Assembly (NCBI GenBank): GCA_965217585.1
Contig: OZ244561.1
Location: forward strand, 6,496,001 to 6,560,000
Direction: 5' to 3'
From: Candidatus Latescibacterota bacterium
Lineage (GTDB): Bacteria > Latescibacterota > UBA2968 > UBA8231
Length of the DNA: 64,000 nucleotides
Shown here: positions 18,138 through 28,556 of the stretch, in pieces
How the letters are laid out: each line of letters opens with the position of its first letter
Position numbering within the stretch: position 1 is the stretch's first letter
Notes under the pieces: generated by a model
Databases searched by the model: none
Told to the model about the DNA's origin: nothing
The model's input: the letters and a program-made list of their open reading frames with translations, nothing else
Translations under genes and position numbers: made by a program

Positions 18138-19550
18138 CTATTCGTCCGCACGCTTGCCAATCGCATCCGCTAGGTGGTCCATCAAATCATCCAGTGCCTG
18201 CCGCGATGCGCGACCACGCAGCGCTTTGAGTGCCGGATCGTCTGTCGCCACCATCCATTCCTCAAGCGCATTTCTCAGACCCTGAATTTCATTGGCATAG
18301 CTGGGATCATCAATCAGGTTGTTCAGCGCATTGGGGTCGTGCTCAAAGTCGTAAAATTCTTCCACTACGCGATACGTAAACAAATGGTTGCGCGCCGCCA
18401 ATGCTGGATCGTTGGCCGCTGCTGCTTCCATCGCCTGCCAGGACCGGCCACTCTGGGACTCATTGCGAAACGCTCGCTCGCCATCGGACCAGGGGTTGAA
18501 AATGTAACCGAACCGCGCATTTTGCACGCACCGCATGGGGTAATTGCGCCGCGCCGAAGTCTGGTGAAATTGCGTGAACACCTGCTCGCAGCCAGCCTGC
18601 TCTGCACCCCGCAACACCGGCAAAAGCGATTTGCCATTGACGCCGTCTGGAATATCCACGCCCATTGCATCCAGCACGGTAGGCAGGTAATCGATCCCAG
18701 CAATAAAATGCTTGGTATCCACGCGCCCGGCCTGCATAACCGCTGGCCAGCGCACCACCCAAGGTGTGCGCGTACTGTGCAAATAACAATTGGTCTTGGC
18801 AAATGGAAATGCCATGCCATTATCCGACAAAAACATCACTAGGGTATTCTCCGCCGCGCCCACCGCATCCAACACATCGAGCAATCGCCCCACCGTATCA
18901 TCGCAGCGGCGCACAGAATTGTAATACTCGGCTATTTCCAGCCGCACATCCGGTATATCGGGCAAAAACCCGGGGACGATCACCTCTTCTGGCGCAAATG
19001 TGCGCGAGGGTGGCACGGCCGGCGGATCGAGTTTGCCATACCACTCGGACTTGTCATTGCCGTAAAACGGACGATGCGGATCGTGGGAATTTGCCATTAA
19101 AAAAAACGGGCGGTCGCCAGCTATGGCATCCTGCACAAAATTTTTCGCATACCGATAATACACCTCGGGATTTCGTCCCTGCCCCAAATGGATCTGCTCA
19201 GGTGCCATATCCCATTGAAATGCCTGGTATGGCGTCGAATGTGTCACTTTGCCCAAAATGCCCACATCATACCCCGCAGCGCGCAAAATAGCGGGCAGAA
19301 TGGGCACGCCTTTGCAGCGCAAACGATAAAAGCCCTCGCCCCCACTCAGATGCGGATAGCGCCCAGTCATCAACGCCGAGCGGCTCGGTTGGCACACCGC
19401 AATTGTCACATGACCGTGCTTAAATCGCAATCCCGCTGCGGCCAAGCGGTCGATATGGGGTGTTGTTCCCGCGGTCGGACACCCAAATGTCCCCACCGCA
19501 TCCCAGTTCATGTCATCTGCCGTAATTAGCATAAAATTTGGTCTATTCAT
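18138..19550 (-). CDS. Sulfatase (Cys-type, N-sulfoglucosamine sulfohydrolase-like)
   Basis: RPNFMLITADD, CQPSRSALMTGRYP (CxPxR), GKVTH, DPHRPF, SDNG. Confidence 0.9.
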   Translation of the reverse strand: MNRPNFMLITADDMNWDAVGTFGCPTAGTTPHIDRLAAAGLRFKHGHVTIAVCQPSRSALMTGRYPHLSGGEGFYRLRCKGVPILPAILRAAGYDVGILGKVTHSTPYQAFQWDMAPEQIHLGQGRNPEVYYRYAKNFVQDAIAGDRPFFLMANSHDPHRPFYGNDKSEWYGKLDPPAVPPSRTFAPEEVIVPGFLPDIPDVRLEIAEYYNSVRRCDDTVGRLLDVLDAVGAAENTLVMFLSDNGMAFPFAKTNCYLHSTRTPWVVRWPAVMQAGRVDTKHFIAGIDYLPTVLDAMGVDIPDGVNGKSLLPVLRGAEQAGCEQVFTQFHQTSARRNYPMRCVQNARFGYIFNPWSDGERAFRNESQSGRSWQAMEAAAANDPALAARNHLFTYRVVEEFYDFEHDPNALNNLIDDPSYANEIQGLRNALEEWMVATDDPALKALRGRASRQALDDLMDHLADAIGKRADE

Positions 19551-19595
19551 AAATTGGTTCGCCTCTCTAATCCATCCTAACCCATTGGAAAAACC

Positions 19596-20411
19596 ATGCG
19601 CTCACTTTATTTCCTACTCTCGTGGCTGCTCGTCCCGGCCGCCCTTTGCGCAGCCGCTCCTTTTGATCACAGCTCCTTTGACCAAGTGCTGCAAGAATAC
19701 GTGGATGACCAAGGCTTGGTCCGCTACGCCGCCCTAGCCAAAGACCGCGCTCAGCTCGACGCCTATGTCGATAGCCTCGGCCACTCCAGCCCCGCAAGCC
19801 ACCCCGACCGCTTTCCCACCCGTGAACACGAGCTGGCCTACTGGATCAATGCGTACAACGCCTTTACCCTGCGGGGCGTCATCGACGCCTATCCCATCGC
19901 CAGCGTCAAGGATGCCTTTGTGCTCAGCGGCTTTTTCAACCGCCAAACCTTTGTCGCTGGGGGCCGTGAGATGACGCTGGACCATGTTGAAAACAAAATT
20001 ATCCGCCCCAACTACCGCGATCCACGCATCCACTTTGCGGTCAACTGCGCGGCCCTTAGCTGCCCGCAACTGGACAACCGGGCCTTTACCGCCCCCGATC
20101 TCGACGCCCGCTTGGAACGGGCGCTAACGCGCTTTGCCCAAGACTCCAACCACGTGCGCCTGCAAGGCAAGCAGCTCTACCTATCCAAACTTCTAGACTG
20201 GTACGGGGAAGACTTCTCGGCTTGGTTCCCACCCGATCGCCCCAATCCCGAGGACATGCCCACCATCGTCAACTACCTGCGCCCGTACCTTCTCCCGGCC
20301 CTAGCCGCTGGACTGACCGAGGATATAACTGTCGAATACAACGACTACGACTGGGCGCTCAACGAAGAAAAAGAAACGGGAAGCCCCCGCCCAGCGGCAG
20401 ACTCCCCGTAA
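19596..20411 (+). CDS. DUF547 domain exported protein
   Basis: Signal peptide; LAYWINAYNA, DPRIHFAVNCAALSCP, YDWALN. Confidence 0.88.
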   Translation: MRSLYFLLSWLLVPAALCAAAPFDHSSFDQVLQEYVDDQGLVRYAALAKDRAQLDAYVDSLGHSSPASHPDRFPTREHELAYWINAYNAFTLRGVIDAYPIASVKDAFVLSGFFNRQTFVAGGREMTLDHVENKIIRPNYRDPRIHFAVNCAALSCPQLDNRAFTAPDLDARLERALTRFAQDSNHVRLQGKQLYLSKLLDWYGEDFSAWFPPDRPNPEDMPTIVNYLRPYLLPALAAGLTEDITVEYNDYDWALNEEKETGSPRPAADSP

Positions 20412-20438
20412 TCATCGTCCTAACGCCATCTTGGCGTT

Positions 20439-21281
20439 TTATAAGAAAAACGGATTGTGCTCCCGTTCTTCCCCCACAGTAGTAGCTGGCCCATGACCGG
20501 GAAAGAGCGCGACGTTTTCGTCTAGAACGAGTAGCTTCTCGGCCACCGCTTGGCGCTGCATCCGGTAGTTGACCACACTGCGAGTGCCCCCGAGAGAACC
20601 CGCGAAAAGCGCGTCCCCGACAAAGGCCATTTCCTCGTGGACCAAGCTGATGCCGCCCGCCGTATGTCCGGGCGTGGAGCGGACCTCAAAGCGCAATTTG
20701 CCGACGTGCACGACTTCGCCTTCTTCTAGCTCGCCTGCGATTTGATCGGCCAAGCTGCCCATGAGGGCCAAGTCGCCGCGGTGAATCCGCGCTGGCGCGG
20801 CCGTGGCGCGACCAATCTCGGCGAGAGCGCCGATGTGGTCTTGGTGGCCGTGCGTCAGCAAGATCTGTTCAACCGTCAGCCCGGAGGCGGCCAAGCGCTG
20901 GAGAATTTTATCCGCGTCGAACCCTGGGTCGATGACCGCAGCTTGGCCCGTTGCCGCACAGCCGACGATGTAGCCGTTCATCAGAAAGCCGCTGCCGAGC
21001 ACCATCATCTCCACCTGCGCCCCGGCAAGCGGGTGGCCCGCTGGATGGCGCGGGAAAAACGCCTGCGCCGCGCTCGCCTGCAATTTGCCCGGGTGCAACC
21101 CGAGAGCTTCGGCCAGTCGCTCAATGGTGTCTGCGGCCGGGATCAGCTCGTAGTCTTCGACCCTGGCGATATCCCCGGCAGTCAATCCCACCCGGTCCGC
21201 CAGTGCTGCGGTCGCAATCTCCTGCCCGCGCCGGGCCTTGGCGATGATATCGCCGAACTCATCTTCTAATTGTGTGTACAT
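20439..21281 (-). CDS. XRE-type HTH fused to MBL-fold metallo-hydrolase (glyoxalase II-like)
   Basis: N-terminal KARRGQ...LADRVGL...IERLAEALGL HTH; THGHQDH, TPGHT, GDALF, PGHGP. Confidence 0.85.
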   Translation of the reverse strand: MYTQLEDEFGDIIAKARRGQEIATAALADRVGLTAGDIARVEDYELIPAADTIERLAEALGLHPGKLQASAAQAFFPRHPAGHPLAGAQVEMMVLGSGFLMNGYIVGCAATGQAAVIDPGFDADKILQRLAASGLTVEQILLTHGHQDHIGALAEIGRATAAPARIHRGDLALMGSLADQIAGELEEGEVVHVGKLRFEVRSTPGHTAGGISLVHEEMAFVGDALFAGSLGGTRSVVNYRMQRQAVAEKLLVLDENVALFPGHGPATTVGEEREHNPFFL

Positions 21282-21287
21282 GTTCCC

Positions 21288-21959
21288 TCAGTATTCAAGG
21301 TTCGACTGGGCGGCTTGCAAGCTACCCAAGAATTCATCAAAGCTGGCGGCCCATTGCTCGATGGTTTGGGCCGGTCCAGTCATCTTGAAAAACACCATGC
21401 CCGAGTGGTGGACGGCGATGGCCCCGAGCATCCGGTACCCGGCTTGGGGCTCCGCATTCCCCATCCCCATGCCGGCGGAGAAGGTGCCGCTGACATCAAC
21501 TCCGGTTATCTCGATGTCCTCCCCCACCTGCCGCGTCCAACGCCGCCCTTGGGCCGGCTGGCCGTCCTCCTGTTTGAACTGGCCGAACCAGCGCTCAATA
21601 TTGGCCTCTACGCTTCCGCCTTGCCCTGGGCCAAAGAAAAAGATGCCCAGCGTCGCTTCTCCGGCTGGCCCAGAGAGGCCGTATTGGGCCACCCGCATGG
21701 AGCTCGACGGCTGCTGCGCCACCCAACCCTTGGGAGCCACCGCGCTGAGCGGCCCCAGTGCCTGCCGCTCGCCCGCTTGACCCAAAGGGGACGCTGGCGT
21801 CGCAGTGGTTGGCGTTGGGGAGCGGGCGGTGAATCCCCGCTCGGCCATGGCCGCCGCCGGCTCTTGATCGCTGAAATTTTGGCTGCACCCGATAGCCCCA
21901 AAGACCCAAGCGCATATCCATATAGATTGGCCCCAAGGCCAAAAATTGTCCTTTAGCAT
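21288..21959 (-). CDS. Hypothetical lipoprotein
   Basis: Lipobox-like GAIGC, Pro/Ala linker, then PKGW...SSMRVAQY...ANIERW; ATG 21959 coupled to the upstream stop (TGATG). Confidence 0.7.
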   Translation of the reverse strand: MLKDNFWPWGQSIWICAWVFGAIGCSQNFSDQEPAAAMAERGFTARSPTPTTATPASPLGQAGERQALGPLSAVAPKGWVAQQPSSSMRVAQYGLSGPAGEATLGIFFFGPGQGGSVEANIERWFGQFKQEDGQPAQGRRWTRQVGEDIEITGVDVSGTFSAGMGMGNAEPQAGYRMLGAIAVHHSGMVFFKMTGPAQTIEQWAASFDEFLGSLQAAQSNLEY

Positions 21960-22471
21960 CACAGATTTCCCCAAGCAATGAAGGCGGCGAGGGCCGCTAA
22001 TACGACCAAACCCCCCAAGTACAACCAAACCCTGTTTCGCGCGCGCCGTTGCGGTCTTTTAAGCGGTTGCCGCCTAGGCCGATTGAGAGCCAGCGTCCCC
22101 ACTTGCAGCGTCGGCGACTTGTGTTGGATATAGTGGGCCATTCCCTCGTATATGCAGCGGATACTATGGGCATTCTCGGCCTCCGCGTAATCGGCCAGAT
22201 GCGATAGCGGCAACCACTGCACCGGGGCGATGTCTTGGGAAATGGGGAATTCGATTTGCGCTTTGACCCGCGCCTGTTCGTAGCCCAAGAGGCGGACGTA
22301 ATAGCGCAGCCGACAGCTATCGAAATCGACCAGACAACAGCGGTAGCCAACCGCGCATAGCTGGCGCAATCCCTCCTCCACATCGCGCAACAAGCCCAAG
22401 TCGCGTGCCTGGCGCGCGTTCACTAGCTGCTCGCGCAGCACTTTGACGGTTGTTGGGGTGCCTTCGTTCAT
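21959..22471 (-). CDS. Hypothetical protein with a C-terminal membrane anchor
   Basis: AGGA RBS; Arg-rich stretch followed by a single hydrophobic helix at the extreme C-terminus. Confidence 0.65.
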   Translation of the reverse strand: MNEGTPTTVKVLREQLVNARQARDLGLLRDVEEGLRQLCAVGYRCCLVDFDSCRLRYYVRLLGYEQARVKAQIEFPISQDIAPVQWLPLSHLADYAEAENAHSIRCIYEGMAHYIQHKSPTLQVGTLALNRPRRQPLKRPQRRARNRVWLYLGGLVVLAALAAFIAWGNL

Positions 22472-22634
22472 CGTCCTACTGCGAACTTAGAGCGCGAAAA
22501 TAAGGCCGTTTTCGCATAGGTTGTCAACTTTCTTCCGGCGTGCTTGCGCATGCAGGCTTTGGTTTGACAGACTAGCGCTGCATCGGTTAAGATAGCGGCC
22601 AACTTGTACCCGCCTTGCCCTTCTCAGCCATCTT

Positions 22635-24140
22635 ATGTTGCGCTACAGCCGCCCCTACTTCCCGTTGGGTTGGATCTTCCTGCTTGCGGTCCTTTTGCTC
22701 CCAGCCGGGCACGCGCACGCCGAGGACGACCTGCGGCGCATCCACCGCATTGTCATCCTCGGGCTCGAGCGCACCGACGAACGGGTCATTCGCCGCGAAT
22801 TGCTCTTTGCCGCAGGCGATGTCCTCGACTCCACCCGCGTTGCCGAGACAGCGCGCAACCTGCGGCGCTTGCTCTTTATCGGCGAAGTACATATCCGCTT
22901 GCTCGACCGCGGCGACGGTATCGAGGTAACGGTCTCGGTAGAGGATCTCTACTCTAGAGCCTTATCTCCCTTGCTCTCAGGACAAATCGACGAATTGAGC
23001 TTCGGGGTGGTTGCGCTCGACTACAATTTTCGCGGCCGCGGCCAACGCCTGCGCTTGGGCCTCGGAAACCAAGCCATTTCCGGCCCTTGGGCCGAGTTGC
23101 TCTTTGCCGCGCCGCGCCTCGGCGGTAGCCGACGCACCCTGGCGGTCCAACTCGCCACAGATGCCGAAGGCCATGCCCATGCCCTAACCTTCTCGCGCCC
23201 CTTTGCCACCCTAGCCGATCGCCGCGCCTATGGCTTTTCCCTATCCAGCCAAAAGGCCGTTCGGCGCCTGTACTCGGGGGGGCGGCTTGAAACGCGCTAT
23301 CAAGACGCGCTCGACGGCGGTCGCATCTGGCTGACCCGCTCCTATGGCGCACAGATCAAGATACGCCCCTCGGTGCAATTGCGCGTCTCTCGACGCCGAT
23401 TTACCGCGAGCACGAGTCACGGGTACGCACCCTCCGACCGGACGCGGATCGTGCCGAGCGTCGGCCTCCTCGTGTGGCACCCCCGCTATAAGCGCGTCCG
23501 CTACATGCGCGACTTAGGCCCGCTAGAGGACTTGCAAACGGGCAGTTGGCTGTCGCTGCGTTGGGGCTTCGCCCATCGCTCCTTGGGATCAGATCGGACC
23601 TTTTCCTTTTATCAAGCCCAACTGGCCCCCCGATTCGAGCCGACCAAGCGCAGCTACGCCGAGCTGACCTTGGTCACCAGCACGTACCTAGGCGAGGGGA
23701 AATTTTACAACACCTTCGCCCAGGCATCCGCAACCACGTACTTCCGGCTGGGAGCGGTTCATTCGCTTGCCTTGCGCGCCTCTTGGGAAGCACTGCACCG
23801 CAGCGAGGACGCCGACCAACTCCTCCTCGGCCTAGTGCGCGGCTTGCGCGGCTATGCCCCCCGGCGCTACGATGGCACTAGGCGCGTACTGTTCAACTTG
23901 GAAGCGCGCCCTACCTGGGTGCGCCGACCTTGGTACACCCTCGCCAGTGCCGCCTTTGTAGATTGCGGCGCGGCTTGGACACCCGACCGCGAGAGAGCAA
24001 ATTTGGTATGTTCCCCCGGCTTGGGCATTCGCTTAGGCTGGCCCAAGGTGTACAACACGCCCGTGTTTCGCGGCGATATCGCCTGCGGATTAGAGGAGGG
24101 TACTTATGTGTTGTCCGTGGGATTGGGGCAGTACTTTTAG
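22635..24140 (+). CDS. BamA/TamA (Omp85)-family outer-membrane protein with one POTRA domain
   Basis: Signal peptide; GLERTDERVIRRELLF POTRA; LRGY motif; C-terminal GLGQYF. Confidence 0.8.
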   Translation: MLRYSRPYFPLGWIFLLAVLLLPAGHAHAEDDLRRIHRIVILGLERTDERVIRRELLFAAGDVLDSTRVAETARNLRRLLFIGEVHIRLLDRGDGIEVTVSVEDLYSRALSPLLSGQIDELSFGVVALDYNFRGRGQRLRLGLGNQAISGPWAELLFAAPRLGGSRRTLAVQLATDAEGHAHALTFSRPFATLADRRAYGFSLSSQKAVRRLYSGGRLETRYQDALDGGRIWLTRSYGAQIKIRPSVQLRVSRRRFTASTSHGYAPSDRTRIVPSVGLLVWHPRYKRVRYMRDLGPLEDLQTGSWLSLRWGFAHRSLGSDRTFSFYQAQLAPRFEPTKRSYAELTLVTSTYLGEGKFYNTFAQASATTYFRLGAVHSLALRASWEALHRSEDADQLLLGLVRGLRGYAPRRYDGTRRVLFNLEARPTWVRRPWYTLASAAFVDCGAAWTPDRERANLVCSPGLGIRLGWPKVYNTPVFRGDIACGLEEGTYVLSVGLGQYF

Positions 24141-24203
24141 AGAGAGCGAATCTTTTGGCACACTTGGAGCGTTTATAAAAAACCCAACGCAAAAGGAGGA
24201 GCC

Positions 24204-25259
24204 ATGAACGCCAAACTACTCATTCTGACCGGCGCGGCCTTGTGTGTGCTTAGCATTCAAGCCAGCCACGCCCAAAACCACGCCCAGGCGACGTTTGCCG
24301 GGGGATGTTTCTGGTGCATCGAAGCGCCCTTTGACAAGGTCGAGGGGGTCGTCTCAGCCGTTTCCGGCTACACCGGCGGCGAGCGCGAAAACCCAACCTA
24401 CAAGCAAGTCAGCTCCGGCGCGACCAAGCACATAGAATCCGTACTGGTCACCTTTGATCCCGAGATTATCTCCTATGGTCAACTCCTCGACATCTACTGG
24501 CGTCAATTCGACCCCACGGACCCAAGGGGCTCCTTTTACGACCGCGGCCATCAATATACCTCGGCTATATTTTACCACGACGAAGAGCAACGCACCTTAG
24601 CCGAAGCCAGTAAACAGGCCCTCGACGAGTCGGGCCGCTTTGACAAACCCATCGTCACGCCTATCCGCCCAGCCACCACCTTTTATCCGGCCGAGGAGTA
24701 CCACCAAGATTACTACCGAAAGAACCCCCAGCACTACAAGCGCTATCGCCGAGGATCGGGCCGTGACCGCTTTATCGAAGAGACGTGGAGCAAAGACCTC
24801 CCGGCACCAATGGCCAGCGGCCAATACGCCAAACCTCTCATCGACACCTTGCGCACCCAACTCACGGACTTGCAATTTCAGGTCACGCAGGAAGACGCCA
24901 CCGAGCGGCCCTTCCGCAACCTGTATTGGGACAACAAGGCCGCGGGCATCTACGTCGATATTGTTTCCGGCGAACCCCTCTTTAGCTCGCAGCACAAGTT
25001 CAAATCCGGCACCGGCTGGCCCAGCTTTACTCAGCCCTTAGTGCCGGATCACATCGTCGAGCACACCGACAGTTCGCTGTTTATGACTCGCGTAGAGGTT
25101 CGCAGCAAATACGCCGATTCGCATCTCGGACACGTCTTTGCGGACGGCCCGGCCCCCACCGGGCTGCGCTACTGCATCAACTCGGCTTCTCTGCACTTTA
25201 TTTCCGTCGAGGATTTGGCCGAGGAAGGCTATGGCGAGTACGCGGCCCTGTTTGAGTAA
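24204..25259 (+). CDS. msrAB: Peptide-methionine sulfoxide reductase MsrA/MsrB fusion, exported
   Basis: [16 protein letters not shown] (MsrA); [21 protein letters not shown] (MsrB); signal peptide. Confidence 0.95.
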   Translation: MNAKLLILTGAALCVLSIQASHAQNHAQATFAGGCFWCIEAPFDKVEGVVSAVSGYTGGERENPTYKQVSSGATKHIESVLVTFDPEIISYGQLLDIYWRQFDPTDPRGSFYDRGHQYTSAIFYHDEEQRTLAEASKQALDESGRFDKPIVTPIRPATTFYPAEEYHQDYYRKNPQHYKRYRRGSGRDRFIEETWSKDLPAPMASGQYAKPLIDTLRTQLTDLQFQVTQEDATERPFRNLYWDNKAAGIYVDIVSGEPLFSSQHKFKSGTGWPSFTQPLVPDHIVEHTDSSLFMTRVEVRSKYADSHLGHVFADGPAPTGLRYCINSASLHFISVEDLAEEGYGEYAALFE

Positions 25260-25291
25260 GCGCGGGGCCTTTGCCGCATTGCAGAAATGCA

Positions 25292-25340
25292 AACGGCCGG
25301 ATAACCTCACCCAGAATCGGGATCGGTTTATCCGGCCGTT
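25292..25340. terminator. Hairpin between convergent msrAB and cupin genes
   Basis: Perfect 13-bp inverted repeat AACGGCCGGATAA(25292-25304)/TTATCCGGCCGTT(25328-25340); no long U-tract. Confidence 0.5.
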
Positions 25341-25372
25341 GTCTAAGTGGCTCCCCGTATGCTCAACTCACC

Positions 25373-26101
25373 TCATCCAGGATAGCGCGCGAAGTAAAAG
25401 ACTTTGAGCGGCTCTTCTGTATCGTTGATGAGACTGTGGCCCGGATTTGAGGGCGTGACGCAGATCGCATCTCCCGGCCGCTGGCGATAGACGTCCTGGC
25501 CCACCACGTGGATGCCGCTGCCCTCCAGCATGTACCACACCTCATCCATATTGTCTTCGTGGCCGTGCGTGTCGGGCGTCTGCATGGCTTCGATGCGCAC
25601 GACTAGATTATTGTGCATGACCACGAGCCCGTCCTCTCTGCTGAAGATCGGATGGACGAGGTGGGTCCAGTGCCCTTGGGCGAGGGGGAGTTCCCGGTAG
25701 TTGCGGATGAGTGCCTCTGTTCGGGAAGCCTCCACACCGTCGCGAAGCACCTCCTCCAGTACGAGAAATTCGAGCGGCGTGTCCACCTCGTTGGTCAGCA
25801 CGTGCTCCAAGCCTGGCGGCACAATGATGCCGTCGCCCTCGCGCACTGTCTGTTTGAGCGCGCCGGCCGCGAAGGTGCCCTTGCCATCGACGATATAGAG
25901 GACCAGTTGGCGGTCGTCGAGCGTAGTTGGCACCGAGGCGACGCGCGGCTCGAGATAACAGCGCGAGAAGCTGTCGACAAAGTTCAGGATAGCCCCCTCT
26001 TTGGAGAAGTCGCTAGGGTCTTTTTTCGAAAAGATCTCCCGCTTGATAATGTTGCCGTGGGTGATGCTCGAGGGGCACTGTAGCCAGTTTCTGATGCGCA
26101 T
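25373..26101 (-). CDS. Bicupin-domain protein
   Basis: Two cupin-like repeats (YIVDGKG...GDGIIVPPGLEH; HGH...EVWYMLEG...GD...GHSLIN); AGGAG RBS. Confidence 0.8.
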   Translation of the reverse strand: MRIRNWLQCPSSITHGNIIKREIFSKKDPSDFSKEGAILNFVDSFSRCYLEPRVASVPTTLDDRQLVLYIVDGKGTFAAGALKQTVREGDGIIVPPGLEHVLTNEVDTPLEFLVLEEVLRDGVEASRTEALIRNYRELPLAQGHWTHLVHPIFSREDGLVVMHNNLVVRIEAMQTPDTHGHEDNMDEVWYMLEGSGIHVVGQDVYRQRPGDAICVTPSNPGHSLINDTEEPLKVFYFARYPG

Positions 26102-26194
26102 CTGGACTTATCTCCTATCTGCGTGTGGTATAATGGTTGTAGCTATGGCCGCTGGCACCCGCTACGTCGCCACCGCCACAGCTAACAAATCGCC

Positions 26195-28498
26195 CTAGTA
26201 AACCACCGACACCCCCCACCGCACCTTCTCCACCCGGGCATCTCCCTCCATGTGCAGTTCCAGCAGATACAGCCCTGGCACCACCAGCCTGCCGCTGCTG
26301 TCCCGCCCATCCCAGATCAGTTCCCGATGACCGGCCAGCCCCTTCCCTTCGACCTCCCCGAGCAAACGCCCGGAGAGATCGAACACGCGCATCCGCAGCG
26401 GCCGCTGCTCCAGCACATTGACCAGATCGACCGAGACCACCAGCACATCGTTGCGCCTATCTCCGTTCGGTGTGAGCACCCGGGTATCGAGCTCCGCATT
26501 GGCGAACAGGCGGGCAGAAACCGGCAGACTCACCACGTTGGTGCTGCTCTCCACCGCCGGAGCCGCGTCTCCAGGCTCCACCGCCTGGCGGCCTAATTCC
26601 TCCTGCCCGCTGTCCACCAGAAAGACATCGAAGCGCGTCGACTGCAAAAAGACCGAAGACGTGAAGCGCAGCTCCACCAGCTCCCGCTGCCGGATCGGGC
26701 GCGGAAACTCGACCTGAAATCCCTCCCCGGTTTCCTCTACCTCCGCTTCCGCCGGCTTCTCACCGACCAGCACCTCCCTGAACTGCATCGGCGCCGAGGC
26801 CACCACCATCAGCCGGTCGAATCCCGACGTCCGCCCGGGCCGCACGAAGTACGAAAACTCCGTCGCCTCGCCCGGCAGCACCTCAGTTGGGAAGATCTCG
26901 CCCACCACCTCGTCGGCCAGCGGCTCGTAGAACTCCACCTCAAGATAGTCCAGGGACGCCGCCCGGTCCGGATTTTCGGACACCAGACTTACCTCCAGCT
27001 CCATATAGCGGCGGGGGGAAGGGGACTGGAATCTCTGATCCGGTGCCAGATAGACATTGCTCCAGGGGCTCTGGTCGTCTCCCGGCACCGAAGTAGTATC
27101 CACGGATCCTCGGAAGCTGGGGATCAGTTTGTCCCACTTCCTTTTGGTCACTTGCTTGCCGTTCTTGTCGTAGTAGGTGATGTCGTACCGCACCTCGTTG
27201 CTCGTGCGGCTGCGCACCTCGATCCGAGCGTCCGGTGAGGTATCTGCCCGCCAGCGGATGGCGCTCACCTGTTTGTTCCCTTTCAGGTCAATCAGCGGGG
27301 AGCGGAAAGTCACCCTGGCGGGATGTCCCTCGCCGAAGACCTGCAACTCGCGTGTACTGCCATAGAAATTGCAGGGATTTGCTACACTGCTGGCCCAGAG
27401 CGCCGCGCAGGCAGCGTCGAAATACACCCAGGCGATGCGCACGTACCGGGTCTGAATGAGTTCGAAGTGGTGCTCGGCGAAAGGCCAAAGTTGGTGCTGG
27501 GCGGTACTCTTGCCGACGAAGTGCCGGTGCCAGATGCGGGTCCCATCCGGTGCCAGGGAGCCGGCCGAACTTAGCACCTCGTAGGTGTCGAAGTCGAAAT
27601 AGCTTCGCGACCTGGGACCCAACAGGAAATGGCCCACGATGCGCACCAAGTCCACCCAGTACACGGCGCCCAGATCCAGCGTCATGTGTGAGATGACGTT
27701 GACCTGGCTGTTGATTCGGCGGGGCTGGAGCCATGCGGAGAAGTTCCCGTCCGCGATGGACATGGCATTGCCTAGGGTAACGGCGTCGCTGGCACCCTCC
27801 ACGTCCAGGACGATCTCCAGTCCTCCCCCTCTTTCCAGTAGACCCAGCGTAATATTGTCGCCGATGGCCTCCACTTCCACTTCCACCAGGCGCGCTCCGG
27901 CAACGTGGAGCAGCGACTCCACCCTCAGGAACTGGACTGGCGGTTGTTTGGCCAGGTCCAGGTCCAGGGTCACCCGGTGTCTTTTGTTCTCCTTGAACCG
28001 TTCCCGGAAGCGGTAGATCAGGCTGCTTTCGACGATATTGCCGACCGCGTCGATGGCCGATTCGCCCGTCGACAGGAAGAGTCTGAAAAGTTCAAAAGGC
28101 GGGGCTTCTTCGTCGAAAACCAGGGTCACTCCCCTAGCCGCAACAGCTCTGCCCAGATCGATCTCGATGAACCAATCTTCGGGGGAATCATTCGGGTCCA
28201 GGCTCCAGCCGGTGGCCGGATCGCCATCCATGACGAACGCGGCCTGTCCTGAATTCGAGCCAACGCTGCGGATGCCGCCGCCGAAATCCGCGGCGTTGAG
28301 CGCGGCGTTGATCTCCTTGCGGATGCGGACCGGACGGATCGTGCCGTTCTGTGTGAGTTCAACCGCACCGAGCGGGAGTTCCCATCGCCTCCATTCCGAC
28401 GCCGTGTCAAAGCGCATCTGCTCTCCGTATCCCCCCAGCGCCGTGCATCCGCACAGTGCCAGAGAGCGAAGAACCTGGAAACGGACTCGATTGTCCAT
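26195..28498 (-). CDS. Large secreted protein with discoidin-like modules and a C-terminal FlgD-Ig-like domain
   Basis: Signal-like N-terminus; DGDPATGW...IDLG and LDLGA modules; C-terminal TPNGDRRND...VFDLSGRL...WDGRDSSGRLVVPGLY. Confidence 0.75.
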   Translation of the reverse strand: MDNRVRFQVLRSLALCGCTALGGYGEQMRFDTASEWRRWELPLGAVELTQNGTIRPVRIRKEINAALNAADFGGGIRSVGSNSGQAAFVMDGDPATGWSLDPNDSPEDWFIEIDLGRAVAARGVTLVFDEEAPPFELFRLFLSTGESAIDAVGNIVESSLIYRFRERFKENKRHRVTLDLDLAKQPPVQFLRVESLLHVAGARLVEVEVEAIGDNITLGLLERGGGLEIVLDVEGASDAVTLGNAMSIADGNFSAWLQPRRINSQVNVISHMTLDLGAVYWVDLVRIVGHFLLGPRSRSYFDFDTYEVLSSAGSLAPDGTRIWHRHFVGKSTAQHQLWPFAEHHFELIQTRYVRIAWVYFDAACAALWASSVANPCNFYGSTRELQVFGEGHPARVTFRSPLIDLKGNKQVSAIRWRADTSPDARIEVRSRTSNEVRYDITYYDKNGKQVTKRKWDKLIPSFRGSVDTTSVPGDDQSPWSNVYLAPDQRFQSPSPRRYMELEVSLVSENPDRAASLDYLEVEFYEPLADEVVGEIFPTEVLPGEATEFSYFVRPGRTSGFDRLMVVASAPMQFREVLVGEKPAEAEVEETGEGFQVEFPRPIRQRELVELRFTSSVFLQSTRFDVFLVDSGQEELGRQAVEPGDAAPAVESSTNVVSLPVSARLFANAELDTRVLTPNGDRRNDVLVVSVDLVNVLEQRPLRMRVFDLSGRLLGEVEGKGLAGHRELIWDGRDSSGRLVVPGLYLLELHMEGDARVEKVRWGVSVVY

Positions 28499-28556
28499 AG
28501 CGAAACTCCCGCACTGGAACGGCTGGTGGGTTCTATGTTTGCTATGTTCTGCTATG

